From Paragordius varius (Eukaryota > Animalia > Nematomorpha), in NCBI GenBank assembly GCA_964247055.1, contig OZ176054.1:6634001-6667000 (forward strand): DNA of 33,000 bases. Direction: 5' to 3'. Positions 19,346 to 30,815 of this stretch are shown here, in pieces. Below the pieces are notes generated by a model, which was given only the letters and a program-made list of their open reading frames with translations, ran no database searches and was not told where the DNA came from. Both the position numbers and the translations under genes were made by a program. Every line of letters starts with the position of its first letter. Positions within the stretch are counted from its first letter, which is position 1.

Positions 19346-22300
19346 ATGTTTTTTTGGTTTATTTTGGTTATAAATCTAAAAAGTTAATTATTATTTTATA
19401 TATTAGCATTATTTAGTCATGTTATGGATTTGAATGCCTCAAATTTTACCCAAGTCAATAATTATGAATTTGTTATGGTTGAATTCTATGCCACATGGTA
19501 AATATTAATTTTTTATTTACTGTAATAAAATATATATATTTTTCAATTCATTAGGTGTGGATATTGCAAACAGTTTGCACCCGAATATAAATTTGTGGAA
19601 CAGCATTTTATCGACAATCCTGACGTTTTAATTGCAAAAATTGATGCAGACAGTGATAAAAATACCTCACTTATTCAAAGTTTTGCTTTACAGGGTTATC
19701 CCACATTGAAATTCAGGCATAAAAAGATATCAGATCATCATGAAGATGCAAACAAATTAGTTGTTGTATCATGGATTGACTATGAAGGAATTAAATCTGG
19801 TGTCGGTATAAAAATTTAATATATTTATTAATTAAATATTTTTTAGCTGTTTTCATGCACTTTAGCAGAGTGATACAACAAAATTATTAATCCTATATTG
19901 AATATACCGATTTTTAAATATTTTAAAAAATAATTTTTAAAATAAATTACAATCTATTAACCGCTCAGTACTTATTGGGATAAATTAAGCCGGCGTTTTA
20001 AATATAAATAAACTTAACAGTATTTATGATATTGGGCCTCGTTGGCGCATTATACAATTTTTTTAAAAATATATTTAAAATATTTTCATCTGAAACTTTT
20101 TACCGTCTAATATTTTTTTGGATTTTTTGTTGAGGAAAAATGCTAATAAATAATTATGGTTTAAAAATAATTTTTACGCATTTATTCAAACCGCACATTT
20201 TTAAAAATTGTTAATTTTAAATGGCTATTTTTGTTTGAAAATTTGCCATTGAATCTAGGAGAAACTGTAACAAAGCTTTTTGAGCTAAAGGTTAAATGTT
20301 AATCACATAGCAAACACTTTTAGTAATAGTTTTTTCCAAGTTTTAAACTCTGGTATAAAAAAACCTAATATGTATTCTTATAAAAATAAATGCAATAAAA
20401 CACAGGGTTATACATCCCAAATATACGTTTTATGATTATTTCTATGCTATTTTAAGATATCATTGAACACATAAACTTGGTCCTCAGGGGTGAATGGAAA
20501 CCAGATGTGGACCCTGTAATAGAATTAACTGATGAAAAATTTAATTCCATGATTTCCAATTACAAAACGTTAGTGGTCGAATTTTTCGCACCATGGTATA
20601 AAATATATAATATTCATGTAATATAAAAGTTTTACCTATAGCAAACTTATCAAATACTTAATTTTATTGTTAAATTTTTTGTTCATTCAAACTTGGCTGC
20701 CTACCAAATTTAAAACTTTTCCAATCAATTTCAAAGCTTTTTCAATTAACTCAGCACCTATTTTTAATTAATTAAATTATTAGCTCCGCAAAAAACGTAA
20801 TAAGCATGTGAAGTCCCTTAAAATTTGTAAAAATGTTTGGTTTTCCTGATTTGAATCTTGAGTCAAAATAATAATAATTGCCCTAGGGATAATGTTTAAT
20901 TTAAAACAATTTTTGATATAAAACTTAAATATTTACGCAAATAAATAAATAAATATCAATTTCAAAACTGATATTTTAGTGATTATATATGCTTATTAAA
21001 TACCTAGATATTAAAAGATTATTTTTGGATTAGGTTTTAGTTATTTAAAATTAAGTTTTATATTTGAGAGCAAACATGTAGAATTTGATCGGAAACAAGT
21101 TGAGTATTATTAAAATTAATTTTTTGGGTTGAAAATAGATATATATATAATATATATATATATTGTTTTAAGGTGCGGACATTGCAAAAAATTAGCCCCA
21201 CATTACAAAGAGGCAGCCAAAATATTGTTACATTCAATCCCTGAAGATACCAAAGATACTGAATACATACGCTTAGCAAAAATGGATGCTACCGTTAATA
21301 AAATCACTGCTGAACGCTACAATATTACAGGGTATCCTACCCTAAAAATATTTATGGCAGGTCACAATGTACCCTTTGATTACAAGGGACCCAGGGAGGA
21401 TGGACAAAGTATAAACTATATATATATATATATGAGCTAATACTTGCTTCCATAGCTTTAAATACTTTTTATAACATATTATTTTATTACACCCGCTTTT
21501 TTTAGTTCTAAATTAATAATAACTTACCAATACGAATCATTGCCTTTCTTTGCATGCTTTTTAAGTCAAATCTATTAATATCTTTATATAAATAATGTTT
21601 TCTTTAAATGGTGGTGATCTTATTATATAATAATACCACAATAGCCTACTCTATCTGATATAATTCAAAAGTATATATTCGTATCAATATCGAAAAATTC
21701 CTTTATACAATAATTATTACCTTTTATGTCTATAGCATTAAATTTTTAAATATCTGTTTTACAAAAAGATATTGCTAATTACTTACTCAGTGCTATGGGT
21801 GATGCAAGCAAAGAATTCGATAGTATTCGACGAATGAAAGATTTGTTAGATCCGGAATATTTGTCTTTTATTGGCGTTTTTGAAAATTCACACGATGAAA
21901 CGTTCATACAATACACTAATGCATGTACGTTTATTTTATATTTTTTTATCTTTGTTAGAACGTTTCTTATTTAAGGTCTCTTAGAAATTTTCACCACACA
22001 AAGATTATTTGATTAAACTGTAAATTAAATTGGTGGTTATGTAATACAACCAAATTTTTTTTTATTTTTTAATATATGTATGGCATAATATATTTGTGGA
22101 GGCCCTGGTTCCCAATATCATATTATTTGCATATTTTTTTTACAAAAAAACTAGAATAGGAAACTCCTGAATAATATCGAATAAAATAAGTTTAAAACTT
22201 TATATAGAATTTATATTTTAATTTTTATGTAAATTTCCTTGCAAATATCAATAGCGAACAAATTACGAGATCAATTTACATTTTTGCACACATTCAATCC

Positions 22301-22907
22301 CGATACAAAACAAATGTTAAAAGCACCTTGTAGTAATTGTATATGGGCCGTGCACCCCGAAAAATATCAGTCTAAATATGAACCGGCTCGCTATATGTTT
22401 CCTCAAGTAATCTTTTTTCCCATGATTTTTTACCCAATTTCTTTTTGATTGTGAGGTGTATTGGCTATACAGAGTTTCATCAAATAAGCAATTCTTTACT
22501 ATTTCCGTTTTCAACCCTAACATTTTTGTGTTTTACTATAAATACTTTTCTGCACTATTTTTACATTTCAACATTAATATCATTTATAATCCACTAGGAT
22601 GAATCAATAACCGCAGAAGCATTGAATGAGTTTGCTAGAAAATGGTCACGACCCCTTGTTGGCCACATGACTCGGCACAATAGGCAAAATACTTATCTTA
22701 CATTACCCCTTTGTATCGTATTTTATGCCATAGATTGGAGTTTTGATCATAGAGTTGGTAATATCTTTTAACAGAATATAAATTTTTGTATAGAGTTAGT
22801 ATAAAAAGTTTTGTCAACATATCTACTCTATTTAAAGGTATTGTTACTTTTTTGGTCATTAATTTTTTATTTACTTTTTAAAATTAATCTTTAGTCTGTT
22901 AGCACAC

Positions 22908-22946
<39 letters not shown>

Positions 22947-25900
22947 CTTTTTAAGCTACCCTATTGTAAATCCCAAAAATATAGAGTTAGTATAAAAAGT
23001 TTTGTCAACATATAAACTACTCTCGTTAAATAATTAAAGGTATGGTTACTTTTTGATTAATAATTTTTTATTTCACCTTTTTAAAATTAAACTTTTGTCT
23101 GTTAGCACACTTAATTATATATATTTATACTTTTTAAGCTACCCAATATTGGAGGAAAAAAGTTTTAGAGGTTGCCAAAGATTTTCCCAACATAACGTTT
23201 GCCATTGCCGATGAATCAGAATTTTCCGATGAACTTAAGAAATTGGGTATGATAAGTCACACATATTTTAAAATTTAAAGTTTTTTTAGCATCCTTGGTT
23301 ATAGTAACCCGCCCTATTATAATAACTCTACGGCTCATTTATTGAGGTATAAACTCTTTTTTTGAAAAAAAATATTTTTTAGTTTAATTTATAACAATTT
23401 GTTTTAATTAATATATATTTTTTATTATTGATTTATATGAATTATAACAAAAAAAAGTTTAAATGTTTTTTTTAAATTACTTGCGTAATGCCTTCAAACT
23501 AAAAGTAAAAACTATTTTTATATACGCTCTATCTAAAAAAAATCATGTAACCCGATACTTATTTGTGTTTTTAGCATTTTTATATTCATATAATTGTTAA
23601 AAAAGATTTTAAATATTTTTACTATAATTTAATATTTTGTTAACTAATAGGGTTAGAGGACGCAGGCGAAGAAATCGCAGCAGGATGTTATACGCAATCC
23701 AAACGGTATGGAATGCGTCCCGATGATGATTTTGATGTCTCAAATTATCGAAAATTTATTGCCGATTTTAATGAAGGTTTGTTGTTGCGAATATACAGTT
23801 TTTTAAAAGAGCATTTTTAATATGGAGCTAGCATTTTTTATGGAATAATGTAAATTTTTAAAAGAATTTAGTTTATTTTACTGACAAAAAATCAAGATGA
23901 TGTGCTTTATGTTTATTAGTTTATCACAGCAAATTTGGCCACTTATTATACATCCAGTATAAATTAATATTTGCATTTAGATTAAATTACCAAATTATAT
24001 TGAAATTTAATATATCTAAAAATAATAAATTGAGGTTATGTATACGGATATGAACACATATATTTCTCGAAAAATTGTGCAGGGATCATTATAAAGTGGA
24101 TTTATTTTATACACCTATTTTGTACCACTTTATTCATTTTTATTTCATTAGGTAAATTAACACCTATTATTTGGTCCGCACCACTTCCTACGCCAGCACA
24201 ACAAGCAAAAACTGCCGTAAAAATTCTTGTGGCTCTGAATTATGAACAAACAGTTAAGTCAGCTCTTAATGAAGGCAAAGTCGTTTTGATTGAATTTTAT
24301 GCACCGTGGTGTGGTCATTGTAAACAACTTGAACCCATTTACAATGATTTGGGTAAGGTGGAAAGTCTTTAAAATAAATCTAATTATAAGACCAAAATAT
24401 AACTATATATATATGAATAGAATACGATATTATCTTTAGTGATATACCATTAACAATTCGAATACCCTTGAACAATATCACCCGAAAAATAAATTAGGGG
24501 CTAATATAACTCCTCATTAATATAAAAAATAAAATATAAAAAAATATAAGTAGTTTTTAATCTTTAAAAATAAATAATTTATTTAAGGGGGATTTGAAAG
24601 GTGAAATTGAATTATATAAGGGTGAATTTGAAGTATAAATGGTATATGAATGGATTAGTATAATGGTGTAAAATGATGTATTAATGGTTGTTTGTAAAAT
24701 TAAAAATGATTTATAATAATTAATTAAATAGTCAATATTTTTGGTATTAAATTAGCTTTAAAGAAGGTTTTAAAATTATTATCCAAATTATGGGTTAAAC
24801 TTTTATTGCATCAAAGTGTTAAAATTTTAAATAAAAAATATCCTTCGTAAACAATTCGATATTTTATATTGCAACATTTTTTTTTTCATTTACATTCTTT
24901 AATCCAATAATATGGCTTTTTACTTACTATAATATAATAGACATTTTACATTGCTATAAAAAATCAAAATTAGCTATTTATACAAACATGCTATTAACTT
25001 TTTAGTTTAAAATATATTGCTTACTTATAAATAATTATTTTGTAAATTTTTTTTGCACATTGGAACTAAATATTAGCCAAAGCATTCATTGATAATGAAC
25101 GTGTCATGATTGCCAAATTCGATGCTACTGCTAATGATTTTGATCGCTCGATTGCTGAAGTTAAAGGGTTTCCTACCCTAATCTTGTTTAAACCACCTCT
25201 TTATACCAAAGAAAATAGTGTCATATTTGAAGGGCGAAGGTTACATTTTTGATAAATTTTATCAGCTTTTATGATTAGAAAAAAAAATGTAGGAATAATC
25301 AGTGGCTTTTTCTAATGTCCGATTATGAAGAAAATTTTGAGGAAAAAACTAATAATTTTAATTTGTTAAAATGACATATTATAATTTATATTTGAACTCA
25401 ATGGATTCCTTTTATATTTAAAAAGTTATATATTAAGCATAAGCAAAGATATGGAAAATTATTTTCGGTGTCAATGTGTACAGAACTTTATGCACACATC
25501 TATATATTCATAAAAATGGAAAATGATGGCTTTGTGATCTGTTTCCGGTAAACCGGTAGACGCATTCAAATCCAAATGTCGAAAAAATTAATGAATGCCC
25601 CGACAATAGCTTCGCCCTTTTTTGACTTAGGCCCCCAGTTCGGGCCCACCTTGTGTAAAAAACGGTTTTTTTTTGAACACAGAGGTCCACAAAAGTCGTG
25701 TCTTTGAGACAATTTTCCAGAGAACGTTTGGACCATTCAATTTCAAATATAATTTTTGTTTATTTATTTTTGATTTCGCCGAACATAGTCGTCTCGCTTT
25801 TTTGATTTAGACCCTCTTTTTACCCGCTCCCCCCGTAAAATGCCATTTTTTTCATAAATTAAAGTCCACAAAAATAATTTTTTGAATCTATTTTTTGCCC

Positions 25901-27455
25901 AAGGTATGAGACCGTTAACATTCAATAAGGATTCCACATATTCCCTGTTAAAAGGCAAAAATTTTAGTCAAGTGTTTCTTTGATAATAGCTGCTGGGTAA
26001 GGAGCTACCCGCTAAAAACTGATTCGTCACGTGGCTTTGTGATCAGTTTCCGGAAAACCGGTAGACCCAACAAATCCAAATGTCGAAAAAGTATAATCAT
26101 TAATAAATGTCCCGACAATAGCTTCGCCCTTTTTTGTTAGGTCCCCAGTTCGGGCCCACTCAGTGTAAAAAACAGGTTGAGATAATTTTCCGGATAATGT
26201 GTTGGACCATTCAATTTCAAATATGATTTTTGTTACTTATTTTTGATCGCGCAACATAGTCGACTCACTTTTTTGATTTAGGCCCTCTTTTTACACTCTA
26301 CCCCCGTAAAATGCCATTTTTTTCAAAAAAACAAAGTCCACAAAAATAATTTTTTGATTGTATTTTTTTTGCCCAAGGTATGAGACTGTAAAAATTCAAT
26401 AAGGATTTTTCGTATTCCCTGTTAAAAGGCAAAAATTTTAGCCAAGCGTTTCTTTGATGATATCTGCTGAGTAAGGAGTATCTATCATATGTATAGGATG
26501 TTAAGAAATATATGAATAACAAAATATTTATGGTAATCTATAAATTTATAAAAATGTAAACTGCTGGCTTTGTGATCTGGTACCGGAAAACCGGTAGACC
26601 CAATTAAATCCAAACGAATCATGCTAATAGATATTTCAGATAAATACCAAAGTTTTTTACTTATATATTGACCCCTTATACATTAATAAATTGTATATAT
26701 TTATTTTCAGAGAAATTGAATTTTGCTCAAATTTTTATCGAAAGTTAGTTCTAGATAACTCTTTTTTGACAAAAAATGTTGTTGCGCTATATTTATTTAA
26801 ATATTTTTTTATTATTTTATTTAAATTCACGGTTACGTCTAAAGGCGCACAACTTTGTATTGTAACATGCGCTTAGAAAGATTTCAGCCGTTTTTTAAAT
26901 TTTCTATATGTAAAATACAACTATTTAGCGCAGGGGTGTCCAACACGTGGGCTGCGTGCGACCCTTCTTTTTTTGAAACGCGCGAGCTTTAGATACAAAA
27001 TCTAAGTGAAATTGATATTCTTAAACAAAATTTTTGAAAACATTTTCCAAATTTCGGAATAACCTAGCAAAATTAGTAGTTTTTCCAGTTTTATGTTTGA
27101 AATCAAATAAAATATTTGTTAATTCCCACATTGCGAATGCGGGATGCGAAGCCATTTGTGTGACACCCCTGGTTTTAGCGCATCTTATTTTATTCATTTT
27201 TTGCTTTTGTCATTTTTTAAGCCTTATAATATCTATATGGATTTTCATTGAGTATAATTTAATCCAGTCTTAGAAATACATAGTATAATGAAGCTTTTTT
27301 TATACATTATATAAGGAACTATACAATTAAATAACCAGGTGAATATGATTTTAAATATCATTATATTATAATTTAGAGACTTAATTACAATGCAAAAATT
27401 TATTGAATCTCATTTGCTTCCTGATGCAGAACAACCTGACAAAGATGAACTGTAA
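19346..27455 (+). CDS. PDIA4: Protein disulfide isomerase A4 (ERp72): a0-a-b-b'-a' domains, C-terminal KDEL; first exon uncertain
   Basis: Phase-consistent GT-AG exons: 19407-19497, 19555-19805, 20457-20595, 21173-21408, 21769-21924, 22255-22406, 22598-22757, 23139-23246, 23651-23776, 24152-24352, 25077-25239, 27377-27455. Active sites are WCGYC, WCGHC and WCGHC. PDIA4-like segments: PLVGHM..FYAIDWSFDHRVATQYWRKKVLEVAKDFP, AIADE, GKLTPII and AKFDATAND. The protein ends PDKDEL*. The start coordinate is approximate. Confidence 0.93.
20000..20340. repeat. Dispersed repeat in PDIA4 intron, with an inverted homologue downstream of the gene
   Basis: 20044-20100 (ggcgcattatacaa.ttttttaaaaa..catct.aaacttt) matches the reverse complement of ~27898-27953. 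Boundaries were not resolved. Confidence 0.4.
22789..23144 (+). repeat. Tandem duplication of the 3' part of a PDIA4 intron including the acceptor site
   Basis: Copy 1 is 22789-22961 and copy 2 is 22980-23144. Both end tatactttttaag|ctaccc. The (TA)n tract is expanded to 14 units in copy 1. Confidence 0.9.
25527..26614 (+). repeat. ~505-bp tandem repeat (2 units plus a 50-bp third start) in the last PDIA4 intron
   Basis: tggctttgtgatc..ccggwaaaccggtagac..aaatccaaa starts at 25527, 26032 and 26565. Units 1 and 2 are collinear over ~450 bp. Confidence 0.9.
26931..27171. mobile_element. hAT MITE in the last PDIA4 intron
   Basis: Perfect 10-bp TIRs caggggtgtc / gacacccctg. Both flanks carry tttagcg (TSD-like). 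Confidence 0.8.
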
Positions 27456-28959
27456 TCTCCTAATCAATCAAAAAGATATGCATTTAAAATTATATTTAAT
27501 ACTTATTTAATAAATTTTTATGCAAAAATATATTAATAATGACCTCACTTTTTTGTTTTAGTCAACATACTGGTGTAAATATATTACAGAGTTCAATTTT
27601 GTCAATAAAACACTGTTTAGACAGTTATTTTAATTTAAGATTTAATTATCAAACATTGTTCTCATGTAGATAAAAAAAGCTTATATTTTTCACAGTCTGA
27701 TTTCTACAGTTTAAAATCGGAACAACACCATAATACGATGGAAACGAACAGCTGATATTAAGATCGAAATGTATCAGGTTTTTGCTAGTAGAATGTAGCC
27801 TAAAAGCTTTGTGCTAAGTATTTACATTTTTTACCATAATTTAATTTAATTACCTGTTGCAATAGCGATTTAAAAAATTATGAAAATAATGGCTGCAAAA
27901 AAGTTTGAGATGATTTTTTATTTATTTTTTTAAAAAAACTTGTATAATGCGCCTAAAAAGCTAGAAAAAGCATATATTACATTCGGCTCAATAGCTTTAA
28001 TACATTTAATCAAATTATAAATCGCTCTGTTATATAAAACCCAAAATGGGGTTAATTACTAAAATAATTTTATAATTATAACAAAGATCAAAAGCGGAAC
28101 GATAAGCTTCGAATCCTTTGCCTCTCTCCATTTCATAATTAATTTAATTGAATATGGCAATGCAGTAAATAAACCGGTTTTGAGGAATTTTTGTAAATAT
28201 GGTTGCGGCTCGATCGTTGGTTAGTTTTAATTTCGAATATGAATTGAAAAAATTTAATATGCGCCAATGAAAATTAAATAAAATTGGCTCTGTATATTAT
28301 ATATTTTTAAATTAGTATTTGTATTGTATCTAAAAATATTCAAAATTTTACAAAAATATTTGCAATATGCAATACAACATAATTTTTTTATAATTTTCTG
28401 AATCAATACTCAATTTAAATTACAAGTATTTATGTGTATGATTGATATTATTGGTGCGCTTGAAAAATTGAGGGACTAAAACAAAATATATTTTAGGTGG
28501 TTAGCCTATAAAAATATCATTTTTTTAACCATATCCTAATTTTTTTAAAAAAATTTAACAATAAGTAAAGCAATTTTAATGGATTATTTTTTATCTCACA
28601 ATTAGCCAAATCGGCAAACATTAAATGTTCCAAACTTAAGTATTAATACATTTTATATCATTATTTTTTGTATAACCTATAATTAACTTAATTTGTTAAT
28701 ATAGGCTATTCTTTAGCAAAAATGTCCAAGTTTAGAGATCTTTAATTAGATATTAAATTTATTAATTAGTTTTGCATAAAATGTGAAATTCATTTTACAT
28801 AATTAGCAATATTTTTTAAAGGGTTATTTTATGGTTTAGAAGTTGTATTACACATTTTTTTCATATATAATACATTTTTGTAAAATTTGATGCTGGTGAA
28901 CATATTTAGCACTTAAGAAATATTTAAAATGAGTTTGCATTCAAACTCAGAACCGTGTG

Positions 28960-30100
28960 CCCAGAAATATCCAAATAAAATATACATGTATTTTTAATAG
29001 AAAAAAATGTAGGGTTATCATGCAACTTTTGTTTTCGCCCTTACGAGTGAATTAAGAAAGTTATTTAGATTTTTTGGGTATGCGCACATATTTTCTTAAA
29101 TAAAACTTTTTGTCAAACTATGTGAACAAATATCATTAATAATTAAAATACATATAAAAAGCACAATATTTTTGTAAATTATAATTTTTAGATGTGGGCT
29201 CCGGACGTCTCAATTTTTCGCCCTTCTAAAATAGGCTGATCTGAAATGATCCCAAAAAGACCGATATTGCTGGATATTAATTAAATGTATGCTAAATTTT
29301 GATAAAAAAGTTTTTTTATGAAAAAATCCATATGCTTAAAAATTTTATTAATAGCAAAATTTTGTCTTAGCGTACCTTATTCTATTATAGACATGATCGA
29401 AACGGTAAGCTTAAAAACACTTTTTCTATTAATTTGATGATGTTTAACATTACCACACTTCAGTTTTGATTAAATAGTCTTCTTTTTTTATATTTAATAT
29501 GGATCTTTTTATAAAAATCGATCAAAATTGAAAAAACAAGCCTAGTTATGACCTTCAGTATTAACGAATTATATAAAAAATGTGTTTTTATCCCCTTTCT
29601 AGCATATCAGAATACCATAAGATTTTCGCAATCGGCAGGTATAAAATATCCTGATAAAAATATATCTTCTGATAGGATGATCCAGGATCATGGTACTTCT
29701 GGTTTAAGGCCTTACGATTGATTTAAGACAGTTATTTACTTTTTTGTGGTAAATCGGATAAAGGCAAAATTTGTGCTATGGATTACTATGTAATAAAAAT
29801 TTTATGAAATTGCATTTTTAAGACATATCCCCTTTTTCGGGAACAACTTATTTTGATGTCAGAATTTATCATGTATATAAAATCATCAATCTCGGCATTT
29901 TTGCGTTTATTTTAAAAGAACTAGCTTATTTAGAAGATCAAAAAAATTTCGTACTTTCGGAGCCCACACTAAAATTAATAATTTTTAAATATTTTTTGCT
30001 TTTTTATGTAATTTATGATATATTTTAGCCATATTTTTTGGAATGAGGCATTTATCTTTTACTAAATTAATTTAACTGAAAATTTTGCACAAATTGTGCC
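28960..30100. repeat. Family C dispersed repeat between PDIA4 and the GH27 gene
   Basis: Segments match 7145-7250 (inverted) and 5809-5910 (direct). Boundaries are approximate. Confidence 0.5.
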
Positions 30101-30258
30101 AATTAAAGATTAATTAATATAACCACCTTAATCATTCGTTATGGTTAAAACCAAAAGCACCATGATCCTGATATATTTTCCTCTCAGAATATATATATTT
30201 TATCACTTAATGTGGTTGTGTGTTATTATTGAAATTTTTGTCTTTTATACTTTTAAGC

Positions 30259-30454
30259 CAGTGGTACTTAAACCGCCCCCCTTAAAGTACTTTGTTATGA
30301 CGCAGAATTATTACAACTTTTATATTAGTTTTAAATATAAATACCAGTAAATGTATTATATAGCTATGAAATTTTTATATTTTTCAGAGCAGGGTTCTGG
30401 ATGCAGCATAAATATTTTTTGCGGCCCTCTAAAATTTATTGAGGAGTACCACTG
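30259..30454. mobile_element. hAT MITE upstream of the GH27 gene
   Basis: Perfect 10-bp TIRs cagtggtact / agtaccactg with a subterminal gcggccc. No TSD match. Confidence 0.7.
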
Positions 30455-30815
30455 CCAACAATACTTTTTACAAAATAAAATATTTTTGATTTTATTTAAA
30501 TAACTTATATTTCGAATTTTATCACGTTTATTTTATATATGTAAAGCGTCTTAAAACATGAGTAAATGAATTATATTTTTTTTAATTATTTCCTATTCTA
30601 ATTGATAATTTATATCAAAATTTTTAAAATTGCGACTGCTTAACAGTTTTGTGAGTTTTTCTTTTTATAAACCCTAAATTTTTTGTTTGAAAGCTGGTGA
30701 GTTTTTCCCTAAAACAGGAGTACAATTTGAGAATAATTTTAGTGTCTTATAATATAAATCACCTGTCACAATTTTACGTTAAATAAAGCCTGAAAATGTG
30801 ACCAATATTCCCTCT

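Noticed and set aside
25508-26522. ORFs 25508-25690, 25764-25958 and 26298-26522 on the minus strand
   Set aside because: They arise from the tandem repeat units and have no protein motifs.
25527-26614. Three ~50-nt direct repeats with intervening segments (CRISPR-like layout)
   Set aside because: The intervening segments are ~450-bp homologues of each other, the context is a eukaryotic intron, and there are no cas genes.
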